Below, one piece after another: positions 12,537-25,731 of a stretch of 64,000 nt of DNA (position 1 is its first letter; each line of letters starts with the position of its first letter). The DNA is from Strigamia acuminata (taxonomy: Eukaryota). The position numbers and the translations under genes are program-made. The notes beneath the pieces were generated by a model. The model did no database searches. It was given only the letters and a program-made list of their open reading frames with translations, and was not told the origin of the DNA. The stretch is taken from positions 6,076,001 to 6,140,000 of the forward strand of contig OX442314.1 in NCBI GenBank assembly GCA_949358305.1, written 5' to 3'.

Positions 12537-14154
12537 ATGCCACCTCGTAAACGCAGAACAACTGCGTTGGTTTCCATAGCAAAGAAGCGTGCCAAAAATG
12601 ACGAACTCGACTTAAACATGCGTTTGGCCGCATGGATTATTGAAAATCCCTATCGTGAAAATAAGGTATATTATTGTATTATTGTATTATTGTGTATTAA
12701 AAATGGCCCGTATCATTTTCTCATTTTCTCACATATCGATGGAAATAGCTTTTCCGTTCATCAAAAACAATTATTTTTGCATATAAAATACGCATTTATT
12801 TGCTAAACAAATGCATTTATTTGCTAAACAAATGCATTTTTTTGTTAAACAACTACATTTTTGAATTAAAATTTTAGTTTTGGAATTAAAATTCGAGTTT
12901 TGGAATTAAAATTCGAGTTTTGGAATTAAAATTTGAGTTTTGGAATTATATTTGGAATTTTGTTTTTTTCAGGGAGCACTGACAGGTGGAGAAAAAAAAA
13001 AGGAGTGGTTACGACGCATGCATGAAGACAACGGAGTATTTGGTCGGACAACTGATGCCATGAGTTCAAAGGAGCGCTTTTTGAAGGAAAAATACATGAA
13101 AGCCAAAAAATGGTCAGAAGAAACTGGCCAAGGTGTTTTGGAGGCTAATGGTCAGGAGTCATTTAAAGGTATAATATTTTTAGTAGTAATGTTAAAAGTA
13201 AATAACATATTTTAAAATTATTTTTTAGATGCACTTCTAAAAATCTGCCCGTGGTTCGACATCTTACATGAAGAACTGAGGGAGTCTCAGCAGCACAATC
13301 CGTCATATTCTAATGACAGTGGGAATACTATTCAAACTTCAGCAGTTAGTATTCTGGATGGAATTTTTAGTGGTAAGCAAATTAAGTTTGGTACGGTAAT
13401 TAATTAATTTGTTATTAATTTTGTCAATTATTGTTTAAAAGGTGATCCACCAGCATATGAAGAGAATGATTTAAATCATTCTTCTTCAGCACGTGAGAAT
13501 GATTTAAATCATTCTTCTTCAGCACGTGAGAATGATTTAAATCATTCTTCTTCAGCACATGAGAATGATTTATATCAGCCAATCCCAGGTAATATAATTT
13601 TTATACTTGTCTTTCATGCGACCAAACCTTTAATTTTTTTAATTTATTATAATATTATTATTATTATTGTTATTATTTTATTATTTTATTACTTTTATTT
13701 TATTTTAGTGTCACCAGAACAAGAGGATAACCAACTATTGGACAATGATGATATTACTCCAGTTGAGATCAATTCTCAACGTTCACGAAAGACTTTTATA
13801 GAGTCACTTCCACAGCCAAATAGAAAAGCAAAATCTCTAACCAAAGCTCATGGAATGAATCAGGTGTTCTTAGAACTTCAAGAAAAGAAGAATGAAGAAA
13901 AAAAACAATTGCTGTCGGAAAATAAAGCCATAGAATTAATGAAAATTAATTTGGAAAAAGAAAAATGGAGCTTTGATTGCAATTTGAAAACCGAAACATT
14001 TACATGGGAAAAAGAAAAATGGCTATTAGAAAAAAATGCAAAGGAAGATGCCATTAAATTAGAACAAAAACATGAAAAAGAAATGTCTGCTCTAAGAATT
14101 CAGGAGTTAGAACTCCAATTAAAAATCAAAGAGGCGGAATTAAAATTGAAATAA
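12537..14154 (+). CDS. Harbinger Myb/SANT-like DNA-binding partner protein, 5 exons
   Basis: Exons 12537-12665, 12973-13168, 13229-13372, 13442-13588, 13709-14154 join in frame; basic N-terminus PPRKRR, KICPWFDILHE motif, 3x ENDLNHSSSA repeat, C-terminal coiled coil. Confidence 0.8.
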
Positions 14155-14256
14155 AATAAATTATGTGATATTTTAAAAATTTTTTTATTTATTTAAATCA
14201 AATACAAATCATTTATAAAATTTATTAAACTGGTTCTTCTGAGAACACCTTCTTTT

Positions 14257-15656
14257 TTAAGCTTGTCTTTCATTTGTTTCAACAAAAACAGGAATTTCAT
14301 CCAAACATTCATTTTCATCAAGACTCTCAAAATTTGTTTCATTTTCAAACCAATTGTCATTAATTAAAAGGTTGTGTAAAATTAAACAAGCCCAAACCCA
14401 TTCCCAGGCATACGTGACTCCATTATTTGCTTGGGAAATTTTCATACTTAAACCATTTAAGCTATTAAACCTACATTTTAAGTAACCAAACACGTGTTCT
14501 ACAATAATTCGATTCTTACAAATAACATTGTTATATTTCTTTTGTCTAGATGTATGCAAGAGAGATTGACGAAATGGAGTAATCATGTGTTTGCTAAGGG
14601 CATAAGCAGGATCACCAATTATGTATTCATTTTCTCCAAAATACAAATGTGGTTTTTTGTAAATATTCATGGATTTAAAGACTGTCATATCATGCACCTA
14701 TATTATAAAAATTAAAATCATAAAAACAATTTATCATTCATATATTTTTACTGACTTTGCCAGGAAATCCTAATTGGAATCCAATTATTTCTTTTCTAAA
14801 ATTAACTATTGCAGCCAAATTTAATGAGTAAAATGATTTCCTGTTGTAGTAGCTAATTCCATTTTCAACAGGCTCAGATACTAGCCGAATGTGTGACCCG
14901 TCTATGAATCCAACGCAATTAGGAACACCTAATCATAAATTTATTTGTTAGCATTAAACATATATACAATTTTATAAACAACCTTTTCTCCCCATTTCTG
15001 AAGTTATTTCTGATCGTTCAGATGCAGTTGGCCACTTTATAAATCGACTACTGAGTGAAGTGATAGCCATAATAACCCTTTTAGTACAATCTGTTACGGC
15101 ACCGCCATCAGATATACCAAATCGACTAGCTACCTCAACTATTGATGAGCTGTTTCCACAGTGACCAAACCTATAGTATAAGAAATGGAAACATCTAATA
15201 TAAATAACATTTCAAAATTATATGCAGACTAACCTGTAGAGGGCAATTAATAATTGCATATAGACTTCAATTTGTGGTCTTCCTTTCTTTGCTTTAAATA
15301 CTTCATGGTCTTGTACAAGAAGTAATAAATGCGCGAAAGATTCAGGTGTTGTTCTTGCGTATCGACGAAATCGTTGATCCCCTAGATGACCAATTATGCT
15401 AACAAACCCATGATTTTTAGGCACAGGTTTTAGTGCATTGATATATCTCTTTGAATATAACATTGCAAAAAGCTGAAAATACATAAATATTTAATGTTTA
15501 TGTTGATCACTTCTGTAATTACAAATAACTAACCTCATAATGTTCATTTAAAACTTCATCTTCCTCATCTGAATTATCTGACAGCAAATATTTTATGGCT
15601 AAACATTTGCTCCATTGCTCTAGTACAGCTTCTTTACATATTACTGTAGACGCCAT
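14257..15656 (-). CDS. Harbinger/HARBI1-like DDE transposase (multi-exon)
   Basis: ATG 15656; motifs GVPNCVGFIDGSHI, YYNRKSFYSLN, HDMTVF, IIGDPAY, RIIVEHVFGYLKCRF. The C-terminus may carry a late frameshift. Confidence 0.9.
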
Positions 15657-16717
15657 TTTAATAAGACTCATGGGAAATTCCTGTGTAAATTCAAGTGCAA
15701 ATTTATTTACACTTGAATTTACACTTGAAATTTATTTTAAACTCAAAAAGTGGGTCGTTTAACTTGAAATTTACACTACCAGTTGCACTGGTCGTTTAGT
15801 GCAAATTAGTTTTCGAATGCGCCTAGTGATGTTTGTGGTTTGTGTATTTAGTCAAGAGTCTCGATTGAAGCTTGGGCGCGAGCCCGGCACGCTTCAATAT
15901 TGCGCAGAAAATCTGCCCAATTAGCTGGAACTGGTGCAACAGGGGATTATTACACCATATTGCACCATAACGATTAATAACCGTTTTCACCCTGGACAAC
16001 CTGAGGTGATATGTGCCTAGAGAGGATTTCTCCCCTCGGTCACATGATCTGACTTGGCGTGTGCCACAGTCAAATTAATTAGAAGACAATTAATTTTATC
16101 TTCTAATTTGGTGAAATATTTTGAGATCACCACAACTGTGAAAATTTCGTCAATATTGTCCTTTGCGCTTCACTGCCTTGCTTCAAAATCACAATTCTGT
16201 ATTGGTGAGTACTCTGTTCATGTGCAGCTCTGACACAAAATTCTACAAACAATGATTGGTTCACAGACTTTGAACAATGAGTGGTGCACAGTGATTTCAG
16301 TAATGAATGTTGTGTACATGTTTTATGTTGTAGGAACTAAACATGTACTGTACGGCCACCAATTGAAGGTGAAGCTGCCACTGTTAATGTGCGCTACTAC
16401 GATTTCGTATTATGAGGAATTTCCACTCGGATGAGTCACCAGTACTCATGTGTGGTTATGCCATCATATCTGGTGCCAAAGCAGGTTAGCAACTGCGAGT
16501 AGCACTGTGTTGTGTATAAAGACAGGAATCCCAGCGCGTATGCTGCCAAAATAGTCTAATTTCGTGAGTAGCACCATTTGTGATGAGGCTGATGTGTGTG
16601 ATGAGGGGAAGCCATTTTCGTCCTGCATGGTGTATGTTTTGTTGCATGACATGTTACAATGGCCAGGATGCGATGGTTAAAGTGATCGAGTGAAATTGAC
16701 ATGACCAGTGGAATGAG

Positions 16718-17505
16718 TAAAGATGCTATTTTTGTGGAAAATAAATTTTGTTGAAAATGTTTTTAAAAGTGTGGATAGTGCAAATGGATCATTTTAACAA
16801 CAAAATTTTTGAAATTGGAGGTGGTTTTTTGTCCGCAATTGCCGCAATTGGACCGTAATGCCGCAATTTTGCGGAAAATCCGCAATTTTGGGGAAAATCC
16901 GCAATTGGTCAATATTTGGGCGTCTTTTAGAAAAATTTAGATTACGTACGTATTACGTATACGTAATATGGCCGTATCGGATACGTCAACACGACTTTTT
17001 CGTATATAAACACTCGGTATGCATTGGTATTGCCACAACAATCCTCGTAACCAGCCAACACAACGCGTCAAAACTTCAAATTTTGTTTAAAAACTTTAAA
17101 TTTTGTTTGAAAACTTCAACTTTTGTTTAAAAACTTCAAATTTCGTTTAAAAACTTCAAATTTCGTTTGAAAACTTCAAATTTTGTTTAAAAACTGCAAA
17201 TTTTGTTTAAAAACTTCAAATTTCATTTAAAAACTTCAAATTTCGTTTGAAAACTTCAAATTTCGTTTGAAAACTTTAAATTTCGTTTAAAAACTTTAAA
17301 CTGCCTTTAAAAACTTCAAATTTTCTTTAAAAACTTCAAATTCCCTTTAAAAACTTCAAATTTTGTATAAAACCTTGAAATTTTGGTCAAAAACTTCCCG
17401 GATGAGCCCGCAATAGGTCCGCAATAAGTCCGCAAAATGCCGTTTTTTAATGCCGCTTTCCACCCGCAATTTCACTGTTTTAAGTCCGCAAAAATAGCAT
17501 CTTTA
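16718..17505. mobile_element. hAT-type MITE (788 bp) with internal 20-bp minisatellite
   Basis: TIR TAAAGATGCTATTTTTG; 8-bp TSD GGAATGAG (16710-16717, 17506-17513); subterminal CCGCAA repeats. Confidence 0.9.
17070..17395. repeat. 20-bp tandem repeat AAAACTTCAAATTTYGTTTR, ~16 copies
   Basis: Directly visible 20-nt periodicity. Confidence 0.95.
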
Positions 17506-18689
17506 GGAATGAGTAAATAATGCAGATTATGTTAGCCTCACCAAAAAATTATAATCAGATCTTTTTTATTCATACTGTGACGATTCTACTTTTGGCTGAA
17601 TTATTAGCCATTTTAAGAGATAAACTAGGTCGGAACAAGACGTTGTTAAATCTAACATCAACCTGACCGAATTACGGAATTATGTGCAATGTAAATAAAT
17701 AATCGAATACAAATAACTTACGGTTTTGTGTGATACAAGACATGTTTATTAACAATATATGGGTTCTGGGTTCTGGGCACGTGTAAACGGGCGGCATCAA
17801 CTGGTTGAGGATCCGGGCGGGCCAGAGGGATAGGGATGACTTCGCGGCATCGTCAGAAAGATTGCTACGGAGACGTATTCGGTTCCGCGGCACGAACAGC
17901 TATTAATGTGAAGAATCCTTCGCATTTGATTGGAATATTCTTTAGAATATTCCAAGATCTAATTAATATAAAGTTATTAGTGAAATATAACAATTAATTG
18001 TTATATGTTTATTATTTGGGCGGGGACAGTCACGATGGTTGAGAGAACCATCACGGGAAGTTTTGACACTGCCATCCGCCAGCATGCCTTACGATAACAT
18101 GATCTCGTGATCATGAACCGGGTAATTAATTCGTGGATTTACCATTATCCAAGTAGTTTATTTAGCACGGTATTTTGTATACCGTTCTCTAAGTATCAAC
18201 TAACCAATCGCTTTAGCACGCCAGAAGCGATAAAAACCACCACACTTAGTGAGTTACGAGGAGAAACGGTCCCGTAAGCCTAACTGTGGTAACCACAACG
18301 AGCTTCCCGCCGCTGTGTGTATCGCTGGGAAGAAGAAGAGTCCGCCGCTGTGTGAAACGCCAGACAACCACAAAAAACCTAAACAACACCGCCGATATAA
18401 GTCTCGCAAGAGCATTCACTCGCGCAACCGCGTGAGCCCGAAAAGACTAAACGAAAGAAGGATGTAGCCGCCATTATCACGCCATACCAGGACGTTGCCA
18501 TTCCCCTAATCTGTGGTCTCGTACTCACTTTGCCGGCGACGTTGTCTCGATGAAGATCAACTGCAGTTATTGGTGTCAGTCCTGAGTCAAGTCTTTGAAA
18601 TGGTTAAACAGCAAGTGAGTTTTATTCTTTGAGTTACAGCTTTTAAGTGAAATGAAATAAGGTCAAGAAGTTCAATGCACTGTAACATG

Positions 18690-21600
18690 ATTGGTTCCTC
18701 CAATACCCAGAAATAGTCGTCATACCCCCATGTCCATTGTTTCGAGTGGAAGTCCGGGTCTTCTAAATTTTAATCCCCAATTAACCAACTTTAGCCAGGT
18801 ACATTGGCGCCTCCGTAAGCCTCAAGAACCCCAACAAATTCCCCTCACGGAAAGTCAATGTCCTGTAATGTTAATTCGTAATTATTCGTCTCCTTTGCCC
18901 TTCCCCTCAGCAATTCCCAATTTGATGAGGTTAGTGAGCAGTCCTGGTCCAGGCAGTGGTTTGGTGAGGAAGTCGGCCAACATGTCACTACCTGGGATGT
19001 GTTGCACTTTGATCCCATTATGTGTAATTTCATCTTTGATGTGGTGCAGCCTTCGGTTGAAATGCTTAGTGCGGGATTTTTGCGGTCCCCGCTGTAGCAG
19101 TTGCGTAGCATTTAAGCTGTCGCAGTATACCACACATTGATCCTCTTCTTTGGAGTGTCCAAAATTTTCGGCTAAGTCCCTTGTCCATGCGAGCTCTCTA
19201 ATTCCCTCAGATAGTGCGTGTAGCTCGCTCTCGGTGCTGGACATGGCTACCAGTTTTTGTTTATTACATTTCCAGTTTATTAACGCAGTCCCATCTCTGG
19301 TTACGTAGCCTGAGAACGATTTGGAATCAGCTGTGTTCGATCCCAGCTTGCATCCGTGAAGGCGTGTAAATTTCGTTTCTCGCGCGTATTTTTTTAATTT
19401 GTAGTCAATCGTCCCTTTTAGGTATTTTAATATTCGTTTGAGCGCGCTGTAGTGCAGTTGCCTCGGATCCATGTTGTACTGCGACAACGCACTCATGGCA
19501 AAGCTGATGTCCGGTCTCGTGTTAATTGCTAGGTACATTAGTTTGCCAATCAACTCCTGATATTGTTTTGATTCTATTTCTGCGCTGTCGTTATATTCAT
19601 CCAGTTTTTGATTCGGGTCTAGTGGTGTGGTTTTCATGTTGCAATCCTCCATCCCGTACATCATTAATGTTTCTTCGATGTAAGTTGATTGATGTAATTG
19701 TATTCCGCCATCATTTTGTTCCACTTGGATCCCGAGAATTGAGGTTAGTCTCCCCATGGGTATTAGCTCGATGTTGTTGCGGATTTTTGTGATCACTCCA
19801 TGCTCGAACTCGTTAGATGACGCGGCCACTATTGCGTCATCGACGTACACGCCCAAAAACAGGAACTCTTCATTTTTTCGTGCGATGGACAGGCACGAGT
19901 CGTCGGGAGTCTTCTCAAATTTGACGTCGGTCAGCACTTGGTCCAATTTCTCATACCAGCATCTACCAGACTGTTTTAATCCGTAGATGCTCTTTAGCAG
20001 CCTGCATACTCGGTTAGTTCCGTCACTCGCCCCATCCGGTTGTACCATATAAATTTCCTCCTCTAATTCCCCGTGTAGATATGCACATTTGACGTCATAC
20101 AGGTTTAGGTTGATTCCCCTCTTGGCCGCCTCATTTACTATCATTCGCATTGTTTCGATTCGCATGACAGGCGCGAATGTCTCGTCGTAATTGCTGCCCC
20201 ATTGTTGTGAGTAACCCGCTGCAACCAGTCGCGCTTTAAATCTTTTCTCCCCGGTGCTTGGGTTGATTTTAATTTTAAAAATCCACTTTGACTTAACGGG
20301 CTTCTTGCCCGGTGGCAATTTTGTGATGACCCAAACCCTGTGCTTTTTCATCGATTTGATTTCATCATCTATGGCTTCTTTCCATTTGTCACGGTTGGTT
20401 GAGTTCATTGCTTCTTCATAATTTTTGGGTGGGTGGGTCTCCTCGCATCTGTAAGCTCTATGTGTTGTTTTAATTCGTTCTGACCGTCTGACCCCTCGTT
20501 GTTGTAATTCATCTTCGCGAATACGACGTTTCTCTTCTTCTCGTAGTCTGCACTCGGCCGCCGTACCATCTCGGTGTTCGTCTCGGTGGGTCGGGTGGCG
20601 ATTCGATTACGTCTTCAATGTCCTCATTTGATTCCAAGTTTTCGGCAGTTATTTCGGCGTTAATTTCGATGTCTACGTCGGTGGCTCGTTCGTGTGCTTC
20701 CCGCCCCTCGTGCTCGTTGTGTGTCTCGGTTGGTGCGTCGTCTGCATTCCTTTCGCGTGGGGTAGTGCATCTCAAATCCAAAATTTCAATTTCGGGGATT
20801 CCTTCAATTTCGTCGCTGGTCGGTGTCTCGGTCAGCAATGGCGCCCCCAATTCGTGTTCAATAAATTTTAGATTCCTCTCTTCGCTCACCCTTCCCGTTC
20901 TGATGTTATAAACCCGATACGCTTTTCGTCTCTGCGAATACCCAACAAAAATTGCCTTTTCCGCCTTTGCGTCAAGTTTATTTCTCCCCACGCTCTTGGT
21001 TAATATAAAAACTGTGCACCCAAATCGTTTTAGGAATGTTACTGTGGGTTTCCGATTTTCCCACACTTCCATTGCTGTTCGCCCGTGTACTCTTGAATAA
21101 CACGAATTTCGGATGTGAGCCGCAGCGCATGCGCACTCGGCCCAAAATCTCAATGGCAGTTTCGCGTCGCACAACATTGTTCTCATCATCCCAAGAATGG
21201 TGCGGTTATGGCGCTCCGCCACGCCGTTGCTTTGGGGTGCAAATGGGGTCGTGAGTTGGTGGTTTGTGCCTCGTTCCTCAAACCATTGTGTTAATCTGTT
21301 TGACACAAATTCCCCCCGTTGTCACTTCGAATCGTTTTTAATCGCCTTACAGTTTGCGTCTCGTATCGTGTAATTGTGTTTTTCAGTTCGTATTCAGTGT
21401 CACTTTTCGCCCCCAATATGCGCACCATAGTTCGTCTGCTCCAGTCATCCACGATGGTCAGTATGTATCTTGACCCCCCTAGCGATTTCGGGTTCAGTGG
21501 CCCCATCAAATCCACGTGCCATAAGTCCATAATTGCTTTGGATTGGCGCTCGGCGATCGTCTTGTGTGGTTTTCGGTTCAGTTTCCCCTTAATGCATGGC

Positions 21601-22352
21601 TTGCAAATAGTTGTGCTCGAATTTTTAAAATCTAGGCCCGTACTAATTCTTCATTCTTCATTAATTGCATTGATTGTTGCCCCAGATGCCCGAGTCGTTA
21701 GTGCCATATGTCGTTCGTTTCTCTCGCAATTTGCGCCCTTTCCCCATGAATAATACGTGATGTGATAAAAAAGTTATTACCTTCCTTGCGTGCTTCCATC
21801 AGTGTTTGTCCTTCTTCAATTATTGTGGCTCCCTTTTTCTTGAATAACACATCCTTTTCATTTTGCACAATTTTTGCCACTGACATCAAACTCATCACGA
21901 TTTTTGGCACGTGCAATACATTGTGTAATACAATTGTTCTCGTACTTGCTTCTGTTGTGATGCGCACGCTGCCAATTCCGATCGCTTCCATTTTCGCGTC
22001 TTCATCTGCTATTTTGATCCAGCTGTGATGTGTTCGATACGTCTCAAATGCGTGACGTGATTTGACCATGTGACTGGTCGCTCCCGAGTCGAGTACCCAT
22101 GTTAATGCGTGTTCGTCACTAATCCGCGCCTCCTCGTCCGCCGTCTCGTTCGTCTCGTCGTCGTCTATTTCGAATGCGCACAGGTTGCTCTGCTCTTCGG
22201 TTGATTGCGGTTTCTTTCCTCGTTTGTCATATTTTTTATTTTTTCTCTCTCGTTTTGGTTTCTTGCAGTCGGCTGCTTTGTACCCGGATCTCTCACAATT
22301 AAAGCAAAACATGGCGCCGGGCTTGTTGCAGTTGAAGCAGTTGAAGCACTTT
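18690..22352 (-). mobile_element. Degenerate, 5'-truncated Ty1/copia retrotransposon
   Basis: Order Zn-knuckle, PR (WVLDSGATSHM), IN (WH*RLGH, HVDLMGP, RSDNGG, NGVAER), RT (YVDD), RH (SSTESE); PPT GAGGGGAA then 3' LTR TGTTGGGG starting at 18836. Left boundary approximate. Confidence 0.9.
18882..22350 (-). pseudogene. copia gag-pol polyprotein broken by stops and frameshifts
   Basis: Fragments 21698-22312, 21291-21530, 20509-21306, 18882-20408; premature stop in WH*RLGH; frameshift at DNGG. Confidence 0.9.
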
Positions 22353-22871
22353 CATTTTTATACTGTCGATGTCATCAGTATTGTTAGTTGCTTTCCAAAG
22401 CGTATCCATATCGTAAGTTGCGTTTTCAATTTTCATTAGTGCATCAAGCATGTGATCGCATGAAATGGATCCTGATGTTTGTTTATTTGCTATACGAATT
22501 TCTTCCCAAAGCCTATTCATTTTCTTTGTGTCTGTACTCCAGACCATTAAGTCTGGTAAAGTAACATTTTCTGATCTACTCGTTAGGTCGACAGCTGTAG
22601 GATAACTGAAGTAATGCATTATTCTGTCGTATGTTTGATATGAGAACATGCACGTGCAAAATGAGAATAAAAGCAGCCAAAAGATGTGATGTTTGCTCCT
22701 CCAACGTTTCCTATTGTTGACGAATTCTTCCAACCCAATTATATCGCAGTTGGGTTTGTTGGCATCATCCTTCATTAATCGGTGAATTGTCAGACGGAGT
22801 TGTCTTTTCCCTCTTTTGTATCTCCACATCAAATTATTATTTTCCATTATTTTGGTATCTTCCAAGCTCAT
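22350..22871 (-). pseudogene. DEG/ENaC copy 2: exon 1 only, fused to copia gag
   Basis: Close paralog of 7155-7676; upstream flank 22872-23090 matches 7677-7905; homology ends at the exon-1 donor position. Confidence 0.88.
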
Positions 22872-23148
22872 AGAGTTACTGAATGAGTTTGATCAAAGTG
22901 TTTGTTTGCTTGAGCAAACATGCAGAGGGACGGCCAACTGACAAACAAAAGATCATTTTTTTTTAACATTGGTTGGTTCATACGCCAGTAAAATCCATTT
23001 ATTGAGCTTTATGCTGTGATCGCTTGGCTACCCTCGGTGACCTGCACCACTACACACACCGCCTAGCGGCCCCAAGGCCGTCCCTCTTGCAGAGTTGACT
23101 GGCTTAGCTGGGGAGGAGGGAGCTGAGTGATGTAGTGAGAGAGAGACG

Positions 23149-23358
23149 CAGGGCCGTTCCTTGTAAATACGTATGGTGAGGCGAGCATTAAAAATGCCCC
23201 CCTCCCTCTCCCCCCAAAAAAAATTTAAAATAACCTTATTTCCGAATATGTCAGAAAATATTTTTGGAAAAAAAAAGTTCTGGGCTAAAATTGCCGCCCC
23301 TGTCAGTTTGCCGCCCTGAGGTGGCCGCCTCTTTGCCTCATAGGTTGGCACGGCCCTG
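23149..23358. mobile_element. hAT-type MITE (210 bp)
   Basis: TIR CAGGGCCGT / ACGGCCCTG; 8-bp TSD GAGAGACG (23141-23148, 23359-23366). Confidence 0.9.
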
Positions 23359-23384
23359 GAGAGACGTCGTTGAGAGAGCAGAGA

Positions 23385-23790
23385 GGAAGGACTTGCCAAG
23401 GTCCCAACGTCAGCAGAGGCAACTCTGCCTGCTGCTGACTCTGCTCATCTCACCATTCACCACTGTGGCGCTTAGTAACATGGCTTGGAGCCTGTTGCAA
23501 CGTCCATGAGCGGCTACATGTATCGTATGAGGTGAGTACGTCAGAATGTTCATCCAGAGTAACCGACCACGTAACCCATAGGGTTCAGGCCCTGTGCGTG
23601 ACGGGACGGTTGCTGCAGTAGCGTGCTTAATAGCACTGCCACACATGGGTAGATGGGAGACTCCAACACCGAGACAACGATTAAAGGCCAAACCCAACAA
23701 TCTGGGGTCCCTGTTTCATTCTTACTGAGTATGCGTCCCTCCCGATGTAGTCAATCCCCAGACTGCAGTGGGTAAGACAATATCCAGTCA
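23385..23790. repeat. Unclassified diverged dispersed repeat (second copy ~30200-30590)
   Basis: Shared blocks TCCATGAGCGGCTACATG, AGACAACGA...TTAAAGGCCAAA, TCAATCCCCAGA. Confidence 0.65.
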
Positions 23791-24010
23791 CAATGCATGT
23801 CTTTGGAATGAAGATCCAAATTGGAACAAACAATATTGATTAATTCACTACCAAAGACTACATAATTGTATTGCCTTAAATATAGAAGAGAGAAGTAGCC
23901 AAACGTCTGAAGCTTTGCTCTTTTTCCAATTCATGACATGGGTCTCCAAAATAGTGCCAATTTTCAAATATGTCAAGAAAATCAACTAACGTCTGCATAA
24001 ATTGACATAC

Positions 24011-25731
24011 TGTTACGTGGCCAAATGGCCAATAGTGACCACGTAACTTATTACTTATTTACTAAGACTCCTTTAGCTTCACTAATACTAGCTGAGCCAA
24101 AGAGTGACTTAATTAGCTAAGAGTGAAATAAAACACAGCCAGAGTTTAAGATTGAAAACAATACAGTGTCTTTATTCTTCAAATCAAAACACTTAAATCA
24201 TAAATACAAAATGTAAACTAAATCTAAACTTAAACCTAATAAATACTCTAAGATATGATTAACACTTTGATTCAATTTGGAGGGAAACAATCACACCACG
24301 CCATTTGCTGGCTGGTGCTAACTGTTTAGAAGCCCGGGATGGACTGAGTTCTAAGAGCCAAAGTGGCTCTTTTATACTAGAGTCACCCCCTGAGTTAATC
24401 CAGATTGACCAGCCCGTGATGTCACCATCACGTACGCTGGCTAGTGATAGATTTTGACAACTTCTTTAATTCTATCGCTGGTTTGAGCTGGTCGGCAGAT
24501 GACGCAACTCAACCGCGTGACAGCCCCCTCTTTAAATTTTTTGGTCTCCAAAAACCACAGTACTTTAGAATTTAAGCCAATTATTTTATATGCTAATCAT
24601 ACCTTAAAAATAATCAAATATATGAGTCCCACCCCAGTGTTAATCATATCTTGTACAGAAAACAATTTTCAATATTTCTTTATGCATTATAACAATTCAA
24701 CACTATTTTATCATACAAAACAACACTTTTTGGATTTTCTTTACATTTATATTACTTTTTTTCGTTTTTTAACATTTTTTATAACACTATAAAATTTATA
24801 TCTTAATTAAAATACAAAAAAAACAAAATATTTAAAATTAAAAGTTCATAGAAGAGGAGTTTTTAGCTTCTCTTTTTCTTCTTCGAATGGTTCCAAAGCC
24901 TTCTGATGCAACTCGTAAAGAATCCGGTGACGTAGATGAATCGGATGCGCATGGCGCATGTAGTCCCGGTCCACCAGATAGCGAAATAAATTAGAATTTG
25001 GTTGACCAATATCAATTGTAATTCAATGTATTTCTTATTGATTTCGTCTATTGCAACTACAATTTTGATTTACTATGTAAAATTCAAATTATTCTCTATG
25101 AACTAATTAATTATTCAATGTGAAAAATGTCCAAGTTAATAATTTCAATGCAGCTTCTTGAAAATCATTCGCATTAATTTCGTTTTCAAACTCTCCAAAT
25201 TTCCGCATCTCCACCACTTTGTTACGTGGCCAAATGGCCAATAGTGACCACGTAACTTATTACTTATTTACTAAGACTCCTTTAGCTTCACTAATACTAG
25301 CTGAGCCAAAGAGTGACTTAATTAGCTAAGAGTGAAATAAAACACAGCCAGAGTTTAAGATTGAAAACAATACAGTGTCTTTATTCTTCAAATCAAAACA
25401 CTTAAATCATAAATACAAAATGTAAACTAAATCTAAACTTAAACCTAATAAATACTCTAAGATATGATTAACACTTTGATTCAATTTGGAGGGAAACAAT
25501 CACACCACGCCATTTGCTGGCTGGTGCTAACTGTTTAGAAGCCCGGGATGGACTGAGTTCTAAGAGCCAAAGTGGCTCTTTTATACTAGAGTCACCCCCT
25601 GAGTTAATCCAGATTGACCAGCCCGTGATGTCACCATCACGTACGCTGGCTAGTGATAGATTTTGACAACTTCTTTAATTCTATCGCTGGTTTGAGCTGG
25701 TCGGCAGATGACGCAACTCAACCACGTGACA
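24011..25731 (-). mobile_element. Small non-coding LTR element (TRIM-like), 512-bp LTRs
   Basis: LTRs 24011-24522 and 25220-25731 (one difference seen); TG...CA; TSD ATAC; PBS TGGTGGAGATGCGG (tRNA-Ala-like, 25216-25203); PPT AAAGAGGGGG; ~700-bp internal region without a recognisable ORF. Confidence 0.93.

Larger units (their letters stand above)
12227..15824. mobile_element. PIF/Harbinger DNA transposon, two convergent genes
   Basis: TIR AGGCGCATTCGAAAA / TTTTCGAATGCGCCT; 3-bp duplication AGT (12224-12226, 15825-15827; a TA reading is also possible); subterminal TTTACAC repeats. Confidence 0.92.
11566..16134. mobile_element. Solo LTR (~970 bp) split by the Harbinger insertion
   Basis: TGCTGCGATC...GATCACCACA termini; 4-bp TSD ACTG (11562-11565, 16135-16138); empty site TTTGAAAACTGTG at ~29105-29117. 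Confidence 0.78.

Noticed and set aside
18015..18590. Possible additional LTR (GGGCGGGGAC upstream, TGGTGTCAG downstream)
   Set aside because: No second copy, no TG...CA termini or TSD found, and only a 9-nt PBS-like match.
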